From the NCBI GenBank assembly GCA_964501035.1, contig CAZCRK010000007.1:1-45249 (forward strand): a DNA stretch of 45,249 nt, written 5' to 3'. Of the stretch, positions 1-10,224 are shown piece by piece. Below the pieces are notes generated by a model that searched no databases, was not told the origin of the DNA, and worked only from the letters and a program-made list of their open reading frames with translations. The position numbers and the translations under genes were made by a program. How positions within the stretch are numbered: the first letter of the stretch is position 1; each line of letters opens with the position of its first letter.

Positions 1-2474
1 AAAATCTTGACCCCATGGGCGTACACACGGGCGACTCCATTACTGTTGCTCCGGCACAAACCCTATCAGATAAGGAGTACCAGAAAATGCGGAACTGGTC
101 TATTTTGTGTTTGCGGACAATTGGGGTAGATACCGGCGGATCTAATGTGCAGTTTGCAGTGAATCCTGAAAATGGACGCATGATGATTATTGAAATGAAT
201 CCCCGTGTGAGCCGGTCATCTGCTTTAGCTTCAAAAGCAACAGGATTTCCAATTGCAAAGGTGGCTGCCAAATTAGCTGTTGGATTCACCTTAAATGAGT
301 TACCCAACGAGATTACGGGGCAAACCATGGCTGCTTTTGAACCCACTATTGATTATGTTGTTACCAAAATTCCACGATTTGATTTTGAAAAATTCCCAAC
401 ATCAGATGGTATTTTAGGTGTTCAAATGCAATCCGTAGGTGAAGCAATGGCAATTGGACGAAATTTTAGAGAGAGTTTACAAAAAGCTTTCCGCTCTTTA
501 GAAGTTGGTTTGGATGGATTTCACCCTAAAGAAACGGAGTATCGAGATTTAGATATTAGCAAAATACGTTTTGCAACTGCATTTAGGTTATTAAAAGTAA
601 AACAGGCATTTGAAACGGGTTACTCGTTGGAAGAAATATTTGACCAAACAAAAATTGACCCATGGTTTTTGCATCAAATTCAACATCTAATTTATTTGGA
701 ACAACAGGATGAAATATCTCTATTAGAGTTAAAACAAAATGGGTTTTCTGACCATCAAATAGCAAGATTGTTTCATAAAACGGAATGTGAAATTAGAAGC
801 ATGCGAAAGAAAAAAGGTATTTTGCCTACATATAAAGTGGTTGATACCTGTGCAGCAGAGTTTGAAGCATTAACTCCGTACGTATATTCAACCTACGAAA
901 TTGAAAATGAAATTACTCCTCTAGAGGGTAAAAAAATCATGATTTTGGGTGGGGGACCAAACCGAATTGGGCAGGGGATTGAGTTTGATTATTGTTGTGT
1001 GCAAGCTGTCTTTGGTCTAAAGGAATTAGGAATTAAAACTATCATGGTCAATTGCAATCCTGAAACTGTTTCCACCGATTTTGATATTGCAGATCGATTA
1101 TATTTTGAACCACTTACTTTTGAAGATGTCATGAATATTGTGGATTTGGAACAGCCAGATGGAGTTTTAGTCCAGTTTGGTGGTCAAACTCCGCTCAATA
1201 TTGCCCAACGCTTAAAAGAGGCAGGTGTAACCATTATTGGAACCAGTCCAGATGCGATTGATTTGGCTGAAGATCGTAAAAAGTTTGGAAAAATATTGGA
1301 TGATTTGTCTATTCCTGCTCCAAAATGGGGGACTGCATTTTCAGTTGATGAAGCATTGGATGTTGCACATGAAGTGGGGTATCCGGTTTTGGTACGTCCG
1401 TCCTATGTGTTGGGTGGTCGTGGTATGGAAATAGTGTACAGTGATGATGGATTGAAAACATACGTAGGTAAGGCCGCATTGGTTTCAGGTGATCATCCTA
1501 TTTTGATTGATGCATTTTTGGAAGATGCGTTTGAATTTGATGTAGATGCCCTATGTGATGGCACGGATGTGTTTATTGCAGGAATCATGCAACATATTGA
1601 GGAAGCCGGTATACATTCTGGGGACTCAGCCTGTGTTCTACCTGCGTATGAATTATCCAAAAAATCTCGACATAAAATTGAAACATACACCAAACAACTT
1701 GCACTTCGTTTAAATACAGTTGGTCTTATCAATATCCAGTTTGCTATGAAAGACGGTGTGATTTTTGTCATTGAAGTTAATCCAAGAGCCAGTAGAACGG
1801 TACCATTTATCAGTAAAGTAATTGATATTCCGTTGGCTAAAATTGCCTCTCAACTTGCGGTTGGAAAAACACTAAAAGAATGTCAATTGGAATCCAAAAT
1901 TAAAAATGGACTCATTGCTATTAAAAAACCAGTTTTTCCGTTTAATAAGTTTCCGAAACAATCTGTCTTTTTATCTCCCGAAATGAAATCAACAGGAGAA
2001 GTCATTGGGATTGATACACATTTAGGGTCTGCTTACTCAAAAGCAGAATCAGGTGCTGGACAAATTTTACCCCAAAAGGGATGTGTGTTTATTTCAGTAA
2101 ATGATTCAGATAAAATGAAAGTCATACCTCTTGCCCGAGATTTACATGAGTTAGGATTTACTTTAGTGGCAACTTCTGGTACAGCTGAGTTATTATCCGA
2201 AAATGGAGTAGTTGCAGATAATATTTTTAAGGTAGGTGAGGGTCGCCCTCACGTGGTGGATGAACTAAAAAATGGAGATATTCAACTGGTCATCAACACA
2301 CCTTTAGGTCAGCAATCTCGTTTTGATGAATACGAAATTGGACGTTCTGCAATACGCCATAAAGTGCCAGCAATTACCACTATTTCCGGTGCCCAAGCTG
2401 CGGTGCGTGGCATACGATCTCAACTTGCCAAACGTATAACGTATCGTAGTTTACAAGATGTGTTTGATTCGTAA
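1..2474 (+). CDS. carB: Carbamoyl-phosphate synthase large subunit (5'-truncated by window edge)
   Basis: Frame is open upstream of the ATG at 15 ([12 protein letters not shown]). ATP-grasp motifs [11 protein letters not shown] and [32 protein letters not shown]-terminal MGS-like domain. Confidence 0.98.
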   Translation, partial: NLDPMGVHTGDSITVAPAQTLSDKEYQKMRNWSILCLRTIGVDTGGSNVQFAVNPENGRMMIIEMNPRVSRSSALASKATGFPIAKVAAKLAVGFTLNELPNEITGQTMAAFEPTIDYVVTKIPRFDFEKFPTSDGILGVQMQSVGEAMAIGRNFRESLQKAFRSLEVGLDGFHPKETEYRDLDISKIRFATAFRLLKVKQAFETGYSLEEIFDQTKIDPWFLHQIQHLIYLEQQDEISLLELKQNGFSDHQIARLFHKTECEIRSMRKKKGILPTYKVVDTCAAEFEALTPYVYSTYEIENEITPLEGKKIMILGGGPNRIGQGIEFDYCCVQAVFGLKELGIKTIMVNCNPETVSTDFDIADRLYFEPLTFEDVMNIVDLEQPDGVLVQFGGQTPLNIAQRLKEAGVTIIGTSPDAIDLAEDRKKFGKILDDLSIPAPKWGTAFSVDEALDVAHEVGYPVLVRPSYVLGGRGMEIVYSDDGLKTYVGKAALVSGDHPILIDAFLEDAFEFDVDALCDGTDVFIAGIMQHIEEAGIHSGDSACVLPAYELSKKSRHKIETYTKQLALRLNTVGLINIQFAMKDGVIFVIEVNPRASRTVPFISKVIDIPLAKIASQLAVGKTLKECQLESKIKNGLIAIKKPVFPFNKFPKQSVFLSPEMKSTGEVIGIDTHLGSAYSKAESGAGQILPQKGCVFISVNDSDKMKVIPLARDLHELGFTLVATSGTAELLSENGVVADNIFKVGEGRPHVVDELKNGDIQLVINTPLGQQSRFDEYEIGRSAIRHKVPAITTISGAQAAVRGIRSQLAKRITYRSLQDVFDS

Positions 2475-3542
2475 ATGACTACCACTCTTTTAGATTTAGG
2501 ATTTAACCTAGCGATAGAAAATCATATTAAGTCAAAAGACTTAGGTGATTTTGAAATAGGTCGCATCATTCGTGAAAGCAAAAAGAAATATGTGGTAAAA
2601 ACAAGCCATCGCAGTTTTCATAGTCGCATTTCCGGAAAGCTTCGACACCATGCACAAAGTAGAGCAGATTACCCTGCGGTTGGCGATTGGGTAGCACTCT
2701 CAGTCCAAGATGATGATGCAATTATTCATCATATTTTACCCAGACAAACCATTATTGAGCGACAAGCAATCGGCAGATTTGGAAAAAAACAAACCATAGC
2801 GACCAATGTGGATGTAGCATTTATCATGCAAGATATAACCTACGATTTCAATCTCAATAGGCTTGATAGATTGGTAGCGATTGCTTTTGCATCCAATATT
2901 CAACCAGTTATCATTTTAACTAAAATTGACATAGCTGAAGATAAAGAATTAGAACAAAAAACCAATGACGTTAGCAATCGATTTACCGATGTAAACATCA
3001 TGAAACTTAGCAATAAAAGTTTAGAAGGATTTCAAAATATTGTATCAGCAATAGAATATGGAAAGACCTATTGTTTTATTGGGGCATCGGGTGCAGGTAA
3101 ATCTTCACTAATTAATAATTTACTGGGTGAAAAAGTGATGCTGACTAAATCATTGCGAGAAAAATCCAATAAGGGTCAACATACTACAAGTCACCGCGAG
3201 TTGTTTATTTTACCAAATTCTGGAATATTGATAGATACCCCCGGTATGCGAGAGTTAGGGATAGCAGAATCTCAAGCAAGTTTGGAATCTACATTTGAAA
3301 AAATATTTGAAATTGCAAATTCATGCAAGTTTAACGATTGCAGCCATACGAATGAACCCAAATGCGCAGTAAAAAACGCTGTGAAGAAGGGTAAAATAGA
3401 ACAATCATTTTTAGATAATTTTCATAAAATGAAAATTGAATTGGAGGCCTTTGAACTCAATAAAAGGGGTATAAAGGATAAAGACCAGCAAAAAAGGTTG
3501 AAGTCAGATATTAAACAAAGGAAATCACAAAAGAAAAAATGA
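2475..3542 (+). CDS. rsgA: Small ribosomal subunit biogenesis GTPase RsgA
   Basis: OB-fold PAVGDWV, permuted GTPase motifs TKID, GASGAGKSS, GQHTT, DTPGMRE, and Zn knuckle CKFNDCSHTNEPKC. Abuts the carB stop (TAA-ATG). Confidence 0.95.
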   Translation: MTTTLLDLGFNLAIENHIKSKDLGDFEIGRIIRESKKKYVVKTSHRSFHSRISGKLRHHAQSRADYPAVGDWVALSVQDDDAIIHHILPRQTIIERQAIGRFGKKQTIATNVDVAFIMQDITYDFNLNRLDRLVAIAFASNIQPVIILTKIDIAEDKELEQKTNDVSNRFTDVNIMKLSNKSLEGFQNIVSAIEYGKTYCFIGASGAGKSSLINNLLGEKVMLTKSLREKSNKGQHTTSHRELFILPNSGILIDTPGMRELGIAESQASLESTFEKIFEIANSCKFNDCSHTNEPKCAVKNAVKKGKIEQSFLDNFHKMKIELEAFELNKRGIKDKDQQKRLKSDIKQRKSQKKK

Positions 3543-4435
3543 ATATTTATTATTCTGATCAATTTTTAGACCACGATACAGGATATGGACATCCCGAACA
3601 TGCAGGACGATTGGAAGCGATTGTTGCATCGTTGCAATCCTCGGATATTGCTCGCAAATTAACGTGGTTAGACCCTCGGTTTGCGGAAGTTTCTGATCTT
3701 GAATTAGCTCATACAGTTTCTCATATACAACGAGTAAAATCAGTTTGCGATGCAGGGGGTGGCTATTTAGATGCGGACACTCCTGTTTGCAAAAAGAGTT
3801 TTGACATTGCACGCAAATCTGTGGGAGGTTGGCTTGATGCAGTAGATGCAATCAAACATGGTCAATCGTCATTTGTTGTATCACGCCCTCCCGGCCACCA
3901 TGCTGAAGCAGATAGACCGATGGGGTTCTGTTTATTTTCTAACGTTGCCATTGCAGCAAAATATGCATTAGAGAAAAAAGCATTCACGCGAGTGGCAATA
4001 TTTGACTGGGATGTACATCACGGAAATGGCACCCAAGATATTGTACAGCATGACCCAAATATTGCGTATGCATCAATTCACCAATTTCCATTTTACCCTG
4101 GAACTGGGCTGCAAACTGAAACGGGAAAATTTGAAAATGTGCTCAACATTCCTGTACCTGCCCATACTAGCAGAGAGAAATACTGTCAATTATTTGATGA
4201 AAAAGTTATTCCCTTTTTACGATGTTTTAAACCCAATTTACTTTTGGTTTCTGCAGGGTTTGATGCCCATAAAAACGACCCCTTAGGTAGTTTGCAATTG
4301 GAAAATTCTGATTTTGCGTATATGACCCAAATATGTAATACAATTTCACCCAACATAATACTGGGATTAGAAGGTGGTTATGATGTGAATAGCTTAGGAG
4401 ATTGTGTAGTGGCTGTATGTGAGGAGTTGGTTTAA
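3539..4435 (+). CDS. Histone deacetylase family (Zn-dependent deacylase/amidohydrolase)
   Basis: HPEHAGRL, RPPGHHA, GFCLFSN, DWDVHHGNGTQ, SAGFDAH, LEGGY motifs. ATGA overlap with rsgA. Confidence 0.95.
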   Translation: MNIYYSDQFLDHDTGYGHPEHAGRLEAIVASLQSSDIARKLTWLDPRFAEVSDLELAHTVSHIQRVKSVCDAGGGYLDADTPVCKKSFDIARKSVGGWLDAVDAIKHGQSSFVVSRPPGHHAEADRPMGFCLFSNVAIAAKYALEKKAFTRVAIFDWDVHHGNGTQDIVQHDPNIAYASIHQFPFYPGTGLQTETGKFENVLNIPVPAHTSREKYCQLFDEKVIPFLRCFKPNLLLVSAGFDAHKNDPLGSLQLENSDFAYMTQICNTISPNIILGLEGGYDVNSLGDCVVAVCEELV

Positions 4436-4558
4436 CGGTTAGCATATGGCATGTAGGCGATTTTGGGCTTCAATCCTATTAAACCGTGATAATTTTGAAG
4501 CGGGCTACAGTCTTTGAATTTACTAACATTTCACCTATTTTGATATACATTATTACCT
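4430..4558 (-). mobile_element. Degenerate attC-like recombination site downstream of the 4582-5277 gene
   Basis: The minus strand runs from AGGTAAT (4558-4552, inverse core with AAC>AAT) to GTTAAAC (4436-4430, exact GTTRRRY). The 129 bp contain nested imperfect inverted repeats: GCATAT/ATATAC (4442/4543), TAGGCGA/TCACCTA (4454/4531), GCTTCAA/TTGAAGC (4467/4495). Confidence 0.65.
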
Positions 4559-5333
4559 GCTGGCATTTGTCATTATTTTCATTACTTATTAGTCCTAAAC
4601 TTTACTGATAAAATTTCATTTGAGCTAAGTTGCGTCAAGTGCTTTATCGAAGACATAATATACCTAAATGTAAAAATCAATATCAAGATTGAAGGAAGAG
4701 CAATGACTGGAAAGCTTAGCATTGTCATTCGTCCTATTTCTTCATTGAATTGAGTTGTTCCTGGCATACTTTGAACTATGATTTTTGCCAGAATAAAATT
4801 TAGTACTGCTGAAATGAAGAAAGAGATAGATAAAAATATATTAGCCTGATTCAATTTTCTATTTAATTGAATTTGTAATCCATTCGAGTCAAGCTTATTT
4901 TGAATTTTATCAATATCAAAAATCTTACGGTTATATAAAAATTTTGTAATCAGTTGCCATGAAGTTTTTGTAGAGAACAATATAACAAGTCCAATTATCA
5001 AGGGAATTGCTGCTTCTTTAACTGCAACCCATTGAGGAGAAAATCTCATTAATCCAATAATACCTGTTAATAGAACTCCAACAAAACCCATTATTGAGGT
5101 TAAACTTTTTGTTTTTTGAATTACCAATCCATGTAAGCCAAAAATTAATGGGAATAGTAACGCAATCAAAAGTCCCCAAATTGGGCCAAGGTATTCATCT
5201 TTACTTAGTCTTGTTAATACAATAAGTGGTATTATAATATTAAATAATACATTTATAAATTGATTTTCTTTCTTCATTAACTTTTTTTCCAATCTTTAAT
5301 GTTTACGAACTCTGTTCGTTGCCATGAAGGTAA
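4436..5333 (-). mobile_element. Solitary integron-type gene cassette (898 bp) with no integrase in the window
   Basis: On the minus strand the unit begins at G|TTACCT (5334-5328), complementary to the inverse core AGGTAAT of the downstream attC, and ends at G|TTAAAC. It contains exactly one ORF, oriented against its neighbours. Confidence 0.62.
4582..5277 (-). CDS. Integral membrane protein, VC0807-like family
   Basis: Several hydrophobic segments; signatures NIIIPLIVLTRLS, LGPIWGLLIALLFP, VAVKEAAIP, FNEEIGRMTMLSFPVIALP. ATG at 5277 is preferred over TTG at 5292. Family name is from recall. Confidence 0.75.
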   Translation of the reverse strand: MKKENQFINVLFNIIIPLIVLTRLSKDEYLGPIWGLLIALLFPLIFGLHGLVIQKTKSLTSIMGFVGVLLTGIIGLMRFSPQWVAVKEAAIPLIIGLVILFSTKTSWQLITKFLYNRKIFDIDKIQNKLDSNGLQIQLNRKLNQANIFLSISFFISAVLNFILAKIIVQSMPGTTQFNEEIGRMTMLSFPVIALPSILILIFTFRYIMSSIKHLTQLSSNEILSVKFRTNK

Positions 5334-5563
5334 CATCCCAATAAACACTATTACATTTATCTGGTTATCTGTTTTAACATTTAATAATTGTTTAACGGAA
5401 TTTTTAATATTTTAATTACTCAAAGTTATTTCAACAATTAATAATGACTAAAATTACAAACATTTGTTTTGTGTTTGTCTTCTTGTTGTAAATTTAATGA
5501 GTTAATTTATCAAAATCAAATTTAAAAAGTCCACTTGATAATGTTTAACATAAAGGAAAACTG

Positions 5564-5824
5564 ATGAAAAAAATCATAATATTCGGATTTATAATATTTA
5601 CATTGTTACTATTGAGTTCTTGTCAATCTCGAGCTGTTTCACGTTGGACAGGTTCCGCATTAAAATTGGAACTACCTGATGATTTTGATCGCCCCATTTC
5701 ATTTGCATCAGGTCGAGAAGGGGAAAAAGATTTGTTCTATTGGTCGCAAGATGGACAAATGAAAGTTAAAACCTACACAGATTGGGGTGTGTTGGAATCT
5801 GAAATAGTTTTTGTTAAGAGGTAG
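5564..5824 (+). CDS. Small hypothetical lipoprotein (86 aa)
   Basis: MKK + hydrophobic stretch + lipobox LSSC; AAGGA RBS upstream. Confidence 0.8.
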   Translation: MKKIIIFGFIIFTLLLLSSCQSRAVSRWTGSALKLELPDDFDRPISFASGREGEKDLFYWSQDGQMKVKTYTDWGVLESEIVFVKR

Positions 5825-5825
5825 C

Positions 5826-6365
5826 ATGAAACATATTTTATTTTTGATAAGTATTTTAATGATTGGATGCAATCAACAAGGGGAAACAGTGAGCGAATAT
5901 ACAGACGAACAAAGAATGCACCACTATATGGGCACTGAAATGAATATGCAAACATGGAATTTATTAAGCAAAGAAGACAGAAATGAACAGGAAGATGCTC
6001 GTATGGTATATTTTGCTAAAGCATCATTGTATCATTGGCAGTTATCACCCAAATTTGAACCCATCAATGAACAGCGGGGTCAATGGATGATTTCGCATGT
6101 GTTTGCTGTATTGGGAAAAGGTGATTTAGCTTTAGAATATGCAAAAAAGACACTTCGTTTAACGGAAGAACATGGTTTTGACGATTTTGATTTAGCATAT
6201 GCGTATGAAGCAATGGCTCGAGCGTATGCAGCACTTGGTAATTCAGATGATTGCAAATTATGGCATGCGAAAGCTACTGAATTTGGAAAACTTATTAAGG
6301 GCGAAGAAGATAAAAAATACTTTGAAGGTGATTTGGCAAGCGGTCCTTGGTTTGATATTTGCTAA
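5826..6365 (+). CDS. Hypothetical lipoprotein with alpha-helical TPR-like domain
   Basis: ATG at 5826, 1 nt after the previous stop, gives MKHILFLISILMIGC (lipobox-like). Helical-repeat motifs AKASLYHW, RGQWMISHVFAVLG, DFDLAYAYEAMARAYA. Confidence 0.75.
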   Translation: MKHILFLISILMIGCNQQGETVSEYTDEQRMHHYMGTEMNMQTWNLLSKEDRNEQEDARMVYFAKASLYHWQLSPKFEPINEQRGQWMISHVFAVLGKGDLALEYAKKTLRLTEEHGFDDFDLAYAYEAMARAYAALGNSDDCKLWHAKATEFGKLIKGEEDKKYFEGDLASGPWFDIC

Positions 6366-7339
6366 TTTAACTTCTTTTTCCATTGTCTTTTCCAAAATAA
6401 AAATCCTCCAATGGATAGAACAAAAAATACCCACCCCACAGTTTGCCGGTTAGGATAAGAAATTTCAGACTGGGCATTCATTTCATAATTTGATGATGCA
6501 AAATCCATTAAATTGAAATTCCACTCTAAAGTATCATGCTTAACGGTATCTGCATTATGTGAAACCAATAATCCAGGTAGTATGACTTGATACGTGAAAT
6601 CATCGTCAGCTAGATCTAGGGTGATATCGAGTTCATATTTTAGCATTTGGAAAATTGAATCCATTTCTGGATATAGACTGGGTGAATTAGGTTGCATAAT
6701 TAAATCCAAACCTTGTGAGGTGTAAAAATCAATATCCACGAATAATATAGAATCAGGCAAGGTGGCTATGTTTTCACTAAACCACTTATCAAGGTCTCCA
6801 GCTATGATAGGTTTAGTATTAAACTCGATTTGACTTCGATCAATAGTTTCTTTCAGAATATATTGTAAAGATTCTTTTAACCATCCATTGGAAGCATTAT
6901 CAGAATTTTGGAGAAATTCCAATACTTTGGGATATTTTTGAAGCACATTTCTATCTTGAAATTGAGCTGAAAATATAAATGTTTTCCAAAAGAACCAATT
7001 TCGTGTTGTGACATGAGTTGGTGTTTGTAACAAGGATGCATTAAAAATTGAATCACCATTATAAAACGTAGATGGAAAATCAAAATTATTGGAAAAACTG
7101 CGTTTTGCATTATAGTCAAATGTCTCGACATCTGGGGAATCAAAATTAGATTTTATATCCCAATTTTCAGATGTGGGTAAACAAAAATCATTATCAAGTA
7201 AGTCTTGCCTATCCCCATGAGAATATATTGAAACGTTATATTGTCCACTTGGTTGAACATGAAACGTAATGAGATGTTCGACACATCCAAAGCTAAGTAA
7301 AATTAAACTAAATAAAAGTATATTTTTGAGATTGTTCAT
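6362..7339 (-). CDS. Hypothetical lipoprotein with C-terminal transmembrane anchor (LppM-like layout)
   Basis: Lipobox LSFGC at the N-terminus; VILPGLLVSHNAD...LEWNF motif; C-terminal TM followed by a basic tail (WKRQWKKK). Confidence 0.75.
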   Translation of the reverse strand: MNNLKNILLFSLILLSFGCVEHLITFHVQPSGQYNVSIYSHGDRQDLLDNDFCLPTSENWDIKSNFDSPDVETFDYNAKRSFSNNFDFPSTFYNGDSIFNASLLQTPTHVTTRNWFFWKTFIFSAQFQDRNVLQKYPKVLEFLQNSDNASNGWLKESLQYILKETIDRSQIEFNTKPIIAGDLDKWFSENIATLPDSILFVDIDFYTSQGLDLIMQPNSPSLYPEMDSIFQMLKYELDITLDLADDDFTYQVILPGLLVSHNADTVKHDTLEWNFNLMDFASSNYEMNAQSEISYPNRQTVGWVFFVLSIGGFLFWKRQWKKKLN

Positions 7340-7378
7340 TAACTATAATTTACTTTAATTATATGAAACATAGGTGAA

Positions 7379-8980
7379 TCAAAAATCCACCTCAAATACA
7401 TTTCCTCTGTTTAACAAGAAATGTGGATCAATTGCCTGTTTACTTTTTTTCACTTCATCAACTGCGTTATGCCCATAACATTTAATAAAATCATTCCGTT
7501 TATGTTTCCCAGTTCCATGTTCTGCAGAATACACACCACCTAATGTTGCAGATAAGTCAATAATATTAGCATAAATTTCATGAGCACGAGTTTGTTGACT
7601 TTTTTCTGGTATTAAATGAAAATGAAGATGACAATCACCCAGATGCCCAAACAATAAATATTCAATATTTGCATTTTGTAACATGCGATGGGTTTCTTTC
7701 AAAAATTCTGCAAAGTTTTCGGGTGGTACAATAGCATCGGTAATAATACTAAAAGTATCCAATGAACGCATTTTAACAAGTGCATTTTCAGGTATTGAGT
7801 GACGAGCTTCAAAGAATCTGTTTTGGATGGTCTCATCGTTTAATACAATAATGTTTTCACTTTGGATATGACAGTGGTTCTCAAAAAAATCTGCCCAAGC
7901 TTCAATATCTGCATCCAACTCCTCTAAGGATGTGGCAATTTTCAGATAAACTCCAACCTGTTGTTTATGATTAAAAAATGCTTCCCGATGATTCATATAA
8001 TGTTGGCAGTTGTATCCAAAATACTCACACGCAAATAAATTGGATAAATCTCCCTTTTGTAATTTTGTTAAATTCTCAGTAAAAGCAATTGCTTCAGATT
8101 CACTAGAAAGTTGGAGAAAAAATTCCAAGAAGGAAGTCGGCTGTTCCATTAATTTTAATGAACACGACGTAATCAATCCGTACATCCCTTCACTACCAAC
8201 AATCAAGTCTATGAAATCAATTTCATTAGTTGAGGAGTACGGACCACTTGCGTTTTTAATAGTAGGTCGCTTGTATTTTGGAATGGGTAATTGTATAATT
8301 TCGTCTGTTGAATTCAGTGTGAAAAATCCATTTTTTGAAATCACATTATCCCGTTTTACATGAGCAATATTACCATTCGGAAATACAATTTCAATAGCAT
8401 TTACCCAGTCTCGAGTTGCTCCTTTTTTACCAGGGATAAATCCTGATGCATTACAGGAAAGAGTTCCACCCACACAAGCATCAATTCTACTTGTTGGATT
8501 AACGGGATAAAATAATGTTTGATTACTCAGATTTAACACTTCTTTGCGCATATCTTCTAAAATAATTCCAACAGGAGTTGTTACAGTATTGGTATGAGAA
8601 TCTACTGAAATGTTTGGTTGAGTTAATTTGATAGTTGATACTACAATTCCCCCAAATGGGGTAGCACTTCCTGTTAAATTGGATTTTCCAGCTGAAATTG
8701 TAAATGGAATTTTTGCCAAATAACACGATTTAAAAATGATCGCACATTCTTTGGTTGATATCGGACGACAAACACCTCTAGCAAATCCTGGCAGGTTAGA
8801 CCCATCTCGTTCAAACCCAGAAACAATATCATCATCTGAACTACAATCAATATGAAAATGTGTTGATAAAAAATGTATCAATTCTGTTTCGGAAACATGA
8901 TACGAGTCGCAAAATTGTGAAATTAATTTTGTTTCTTTTTCGCTTATGATGTTTTCTAATTGAATGCTATTTTGATTCAT
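7379..8980 (-). CDS. FAD-binding oxidoreductase, GlcD/D-lactate/D-2-hydroxyacid dehydrogenase (VAO/PCMH) family
   Basis: AGKSNLTGSATP, VGGTLSCNASG, LIVGSEGMYGLIT, FGHLGDCHLH, SAEHGTGKHK, DPHFLLNRG. Confidence 0.9.
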   Translation of the reverse strand: MNQNSIQLENIISEKETKLISQFCDSYHVSETELIHFLSTHFHIDCSSDDDIVSGFERDGSNLPGFARGVCRPISTKECAIIFKSCYLAKIPFTISAGKSNLTGSATPFGGIVVSTIKLTQPNISVDSHTNTVTTPVGIILEDMRKEVLNLSNQTLFYPVNPTSRIDACVGGTLSCNASGFIPGKKGATRDWVNAIEIVFPNGNIAHVKRDNVISKNGFFTLNSTDEIIQLPIPKYKRPTIKNASGPYSSTNEIDFIDLIVGSEGMYGLITSCSLKLMEQPTSFLEFFLQLSSESEAIAFTENLTKLQKGDLSNLFACEYFGYNCQHYMNHREAFFNHKQQVGVYLKIATSLEELDADIEAWADFFENHCHIQSENIIVLNDETIQNRFFEARHSIPENALVKMRSLDTFSIITDAIVPPENFAEFLKETHRMLQNANIEYLLFGHLGDCHLHFHLIPEKSQQTRAHEIYANIIDLSATLGGVYSAEHGTGKHKRNDFIKCYGHNAVDEVKKSKQAIDPHFLLNRGNVFEVDF

Positions 8981-9051
8981 ATTTCAAATCTTTGGATTTT
9001 AACTAACCTTCCCGACCGTGTAAATTACAATATAATTATTGGAGTATCTTG

Positions 9052-10221
9052 ATGAAACTTAAAGGTTTGGATTTTTTAAATCTATCAAATCAATTTACAG
9101 ATGAAGAATTAATGGCACAACATTCTGCATTTGATTTTGTTGAAAATGAATGTATGCCAGTTATTGAAACGCATTTTAGAGATGCAACCTTCCCCAAAGA
9201 TCTCATTCCAAAATTGGGTGATATGGGCTTCCTTGGTGTTAATCTTCCAGAAAAATATAGTTGTAGTGGGTTGTCAAATATTGCCTATGGACTCATTTGC
9301 CAAGAATTAGAAAAGTGCGACTCAGGATTACGGTCATTTGTATCGGTTCAGGGTTCACTGGTCATGTATCCAATTTATGCGTATGGAAATGAAGCACAAC
9401 GTATTAAATGGTTACCCAAATTGGCTTCTGGAAATACAATCGGATGCTTTGGATTAACTGAACCAGATTATGGATCAAATCCAGCTGGAATGATAACCAA
9501 AGCCAAAAAAGTAGATGGTGGCTATATCCTAAATGGTACAAAAATGTGGATTACCAATGGTTCGATTGCCGATATTGCAATTGTGTGGGCAAAAGATGAT
9601 GATGGCGTAGTTCAAGGGTTCATTGTTGAAAAAAATATGAAGGGATTTTCTGCTCCGTTGATGAAAAACAAATGGTCACTTCGTGCATCAATAACATCAG
9701 AACTGGTGTTAGAAGATGTATTTGTACCAGATAAAAATCTACTTCCAAATGGTTCTGGGTTGAAAGGTCCACTGGGTTGTTTAACACAGGCAAGATACGG
9801 TATAGGTTGGGGTTCTATTGGTTCAGCATTAGCAGTTTATAATACATCGTTAAAATATGCCAATGAGAGAATTCAGTTTGACAAACCCATTGCCTCCTTT
9901 CAATTGGTGCAAGATAAATTAGTATGGATGTTAAATGAAATCACAAAAAGTCAACTTCTTGCCTTACACGTCGGCAAAAATAAAGATGATGGTAGCTTAA
10001 AATTTGAACAAGTATCCATGTTAAAAAGAAACAATGTGTGGGTTGCGCGAGAATCTGCTAAATTAGCACGAGAAATCATGGGAGCAAATGGAGTTTCAGG
10101 CGAATATCCAATAATGCGACATTTAATGAATATTGAATCTGTGTACACCTATGAGGGAACCCATGATATGCACACATTAATTTTAGGACAACATATTACA
10201 GGAAAACCAGCTTTTAACTAA
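9052..10221 (+). CDS. gcdH: Glutaryl-CoA dehydrogenase-type acyl-CoA dehydrogenase
   Basis: DSGLRSFVSVQGSLVMYPI, GCFGLTEPDYGSNP, KMWITNG, SLRASITSEL, CLTQARYGIGWG, TYEGTHDMH. GGAG RBS at 9041. Confidence 0.85.
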   Translation: MKLKGLDFLNLSNQFTDEELMAQHSAFDFVENECMPVIETHFRDATFPKDLIPKLGDMGFLGVNLPEKYSCSGLSNIAYGLICQELEKCDSGLRSFVSVQGSLVMYPIYAYGNEAQRIKWLPKLASGNTIGCFGLTEPDYGSNPAGMITKAKKVDGGYILNGTKMWITNGSIADIAIVWAKDDDGVVQGFIVEKNMKGFSAPLMKNKWSLRASITSELVLEDVFVPDKNLLPNGSGLKGPLGCLTQARYGIGWGSIGSALAVYNTSLKYANERIQFDKPIASFQLVQDKLVWMLNEITKSQLLALHVGKNKDDGSLKFEQVSMLKRNNVWVARESAKLAREIMGANGVSGEYPIMRHLMNIESVYTYEGTHDMHTLILGQHITGKPAFN

Positions 10222-10224
10222 TAA

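Noticed and set aside
3539..4435. HDAC as the dedicated deacetylase for Acs (AcuC-like system)
   Set aside because: About 26 kb from acs, with no acetyltransferase partner nearby; nothing in the sequence links them.
5335..5563. attI site or further cassettes upstream of the solitary cassette
   Set aside because: AT-rich with several TAAC words and one short inverted repeat (ACAAACAT/GTGTTTGT), but no second attC-like palindrome, no ORF and no integrase.
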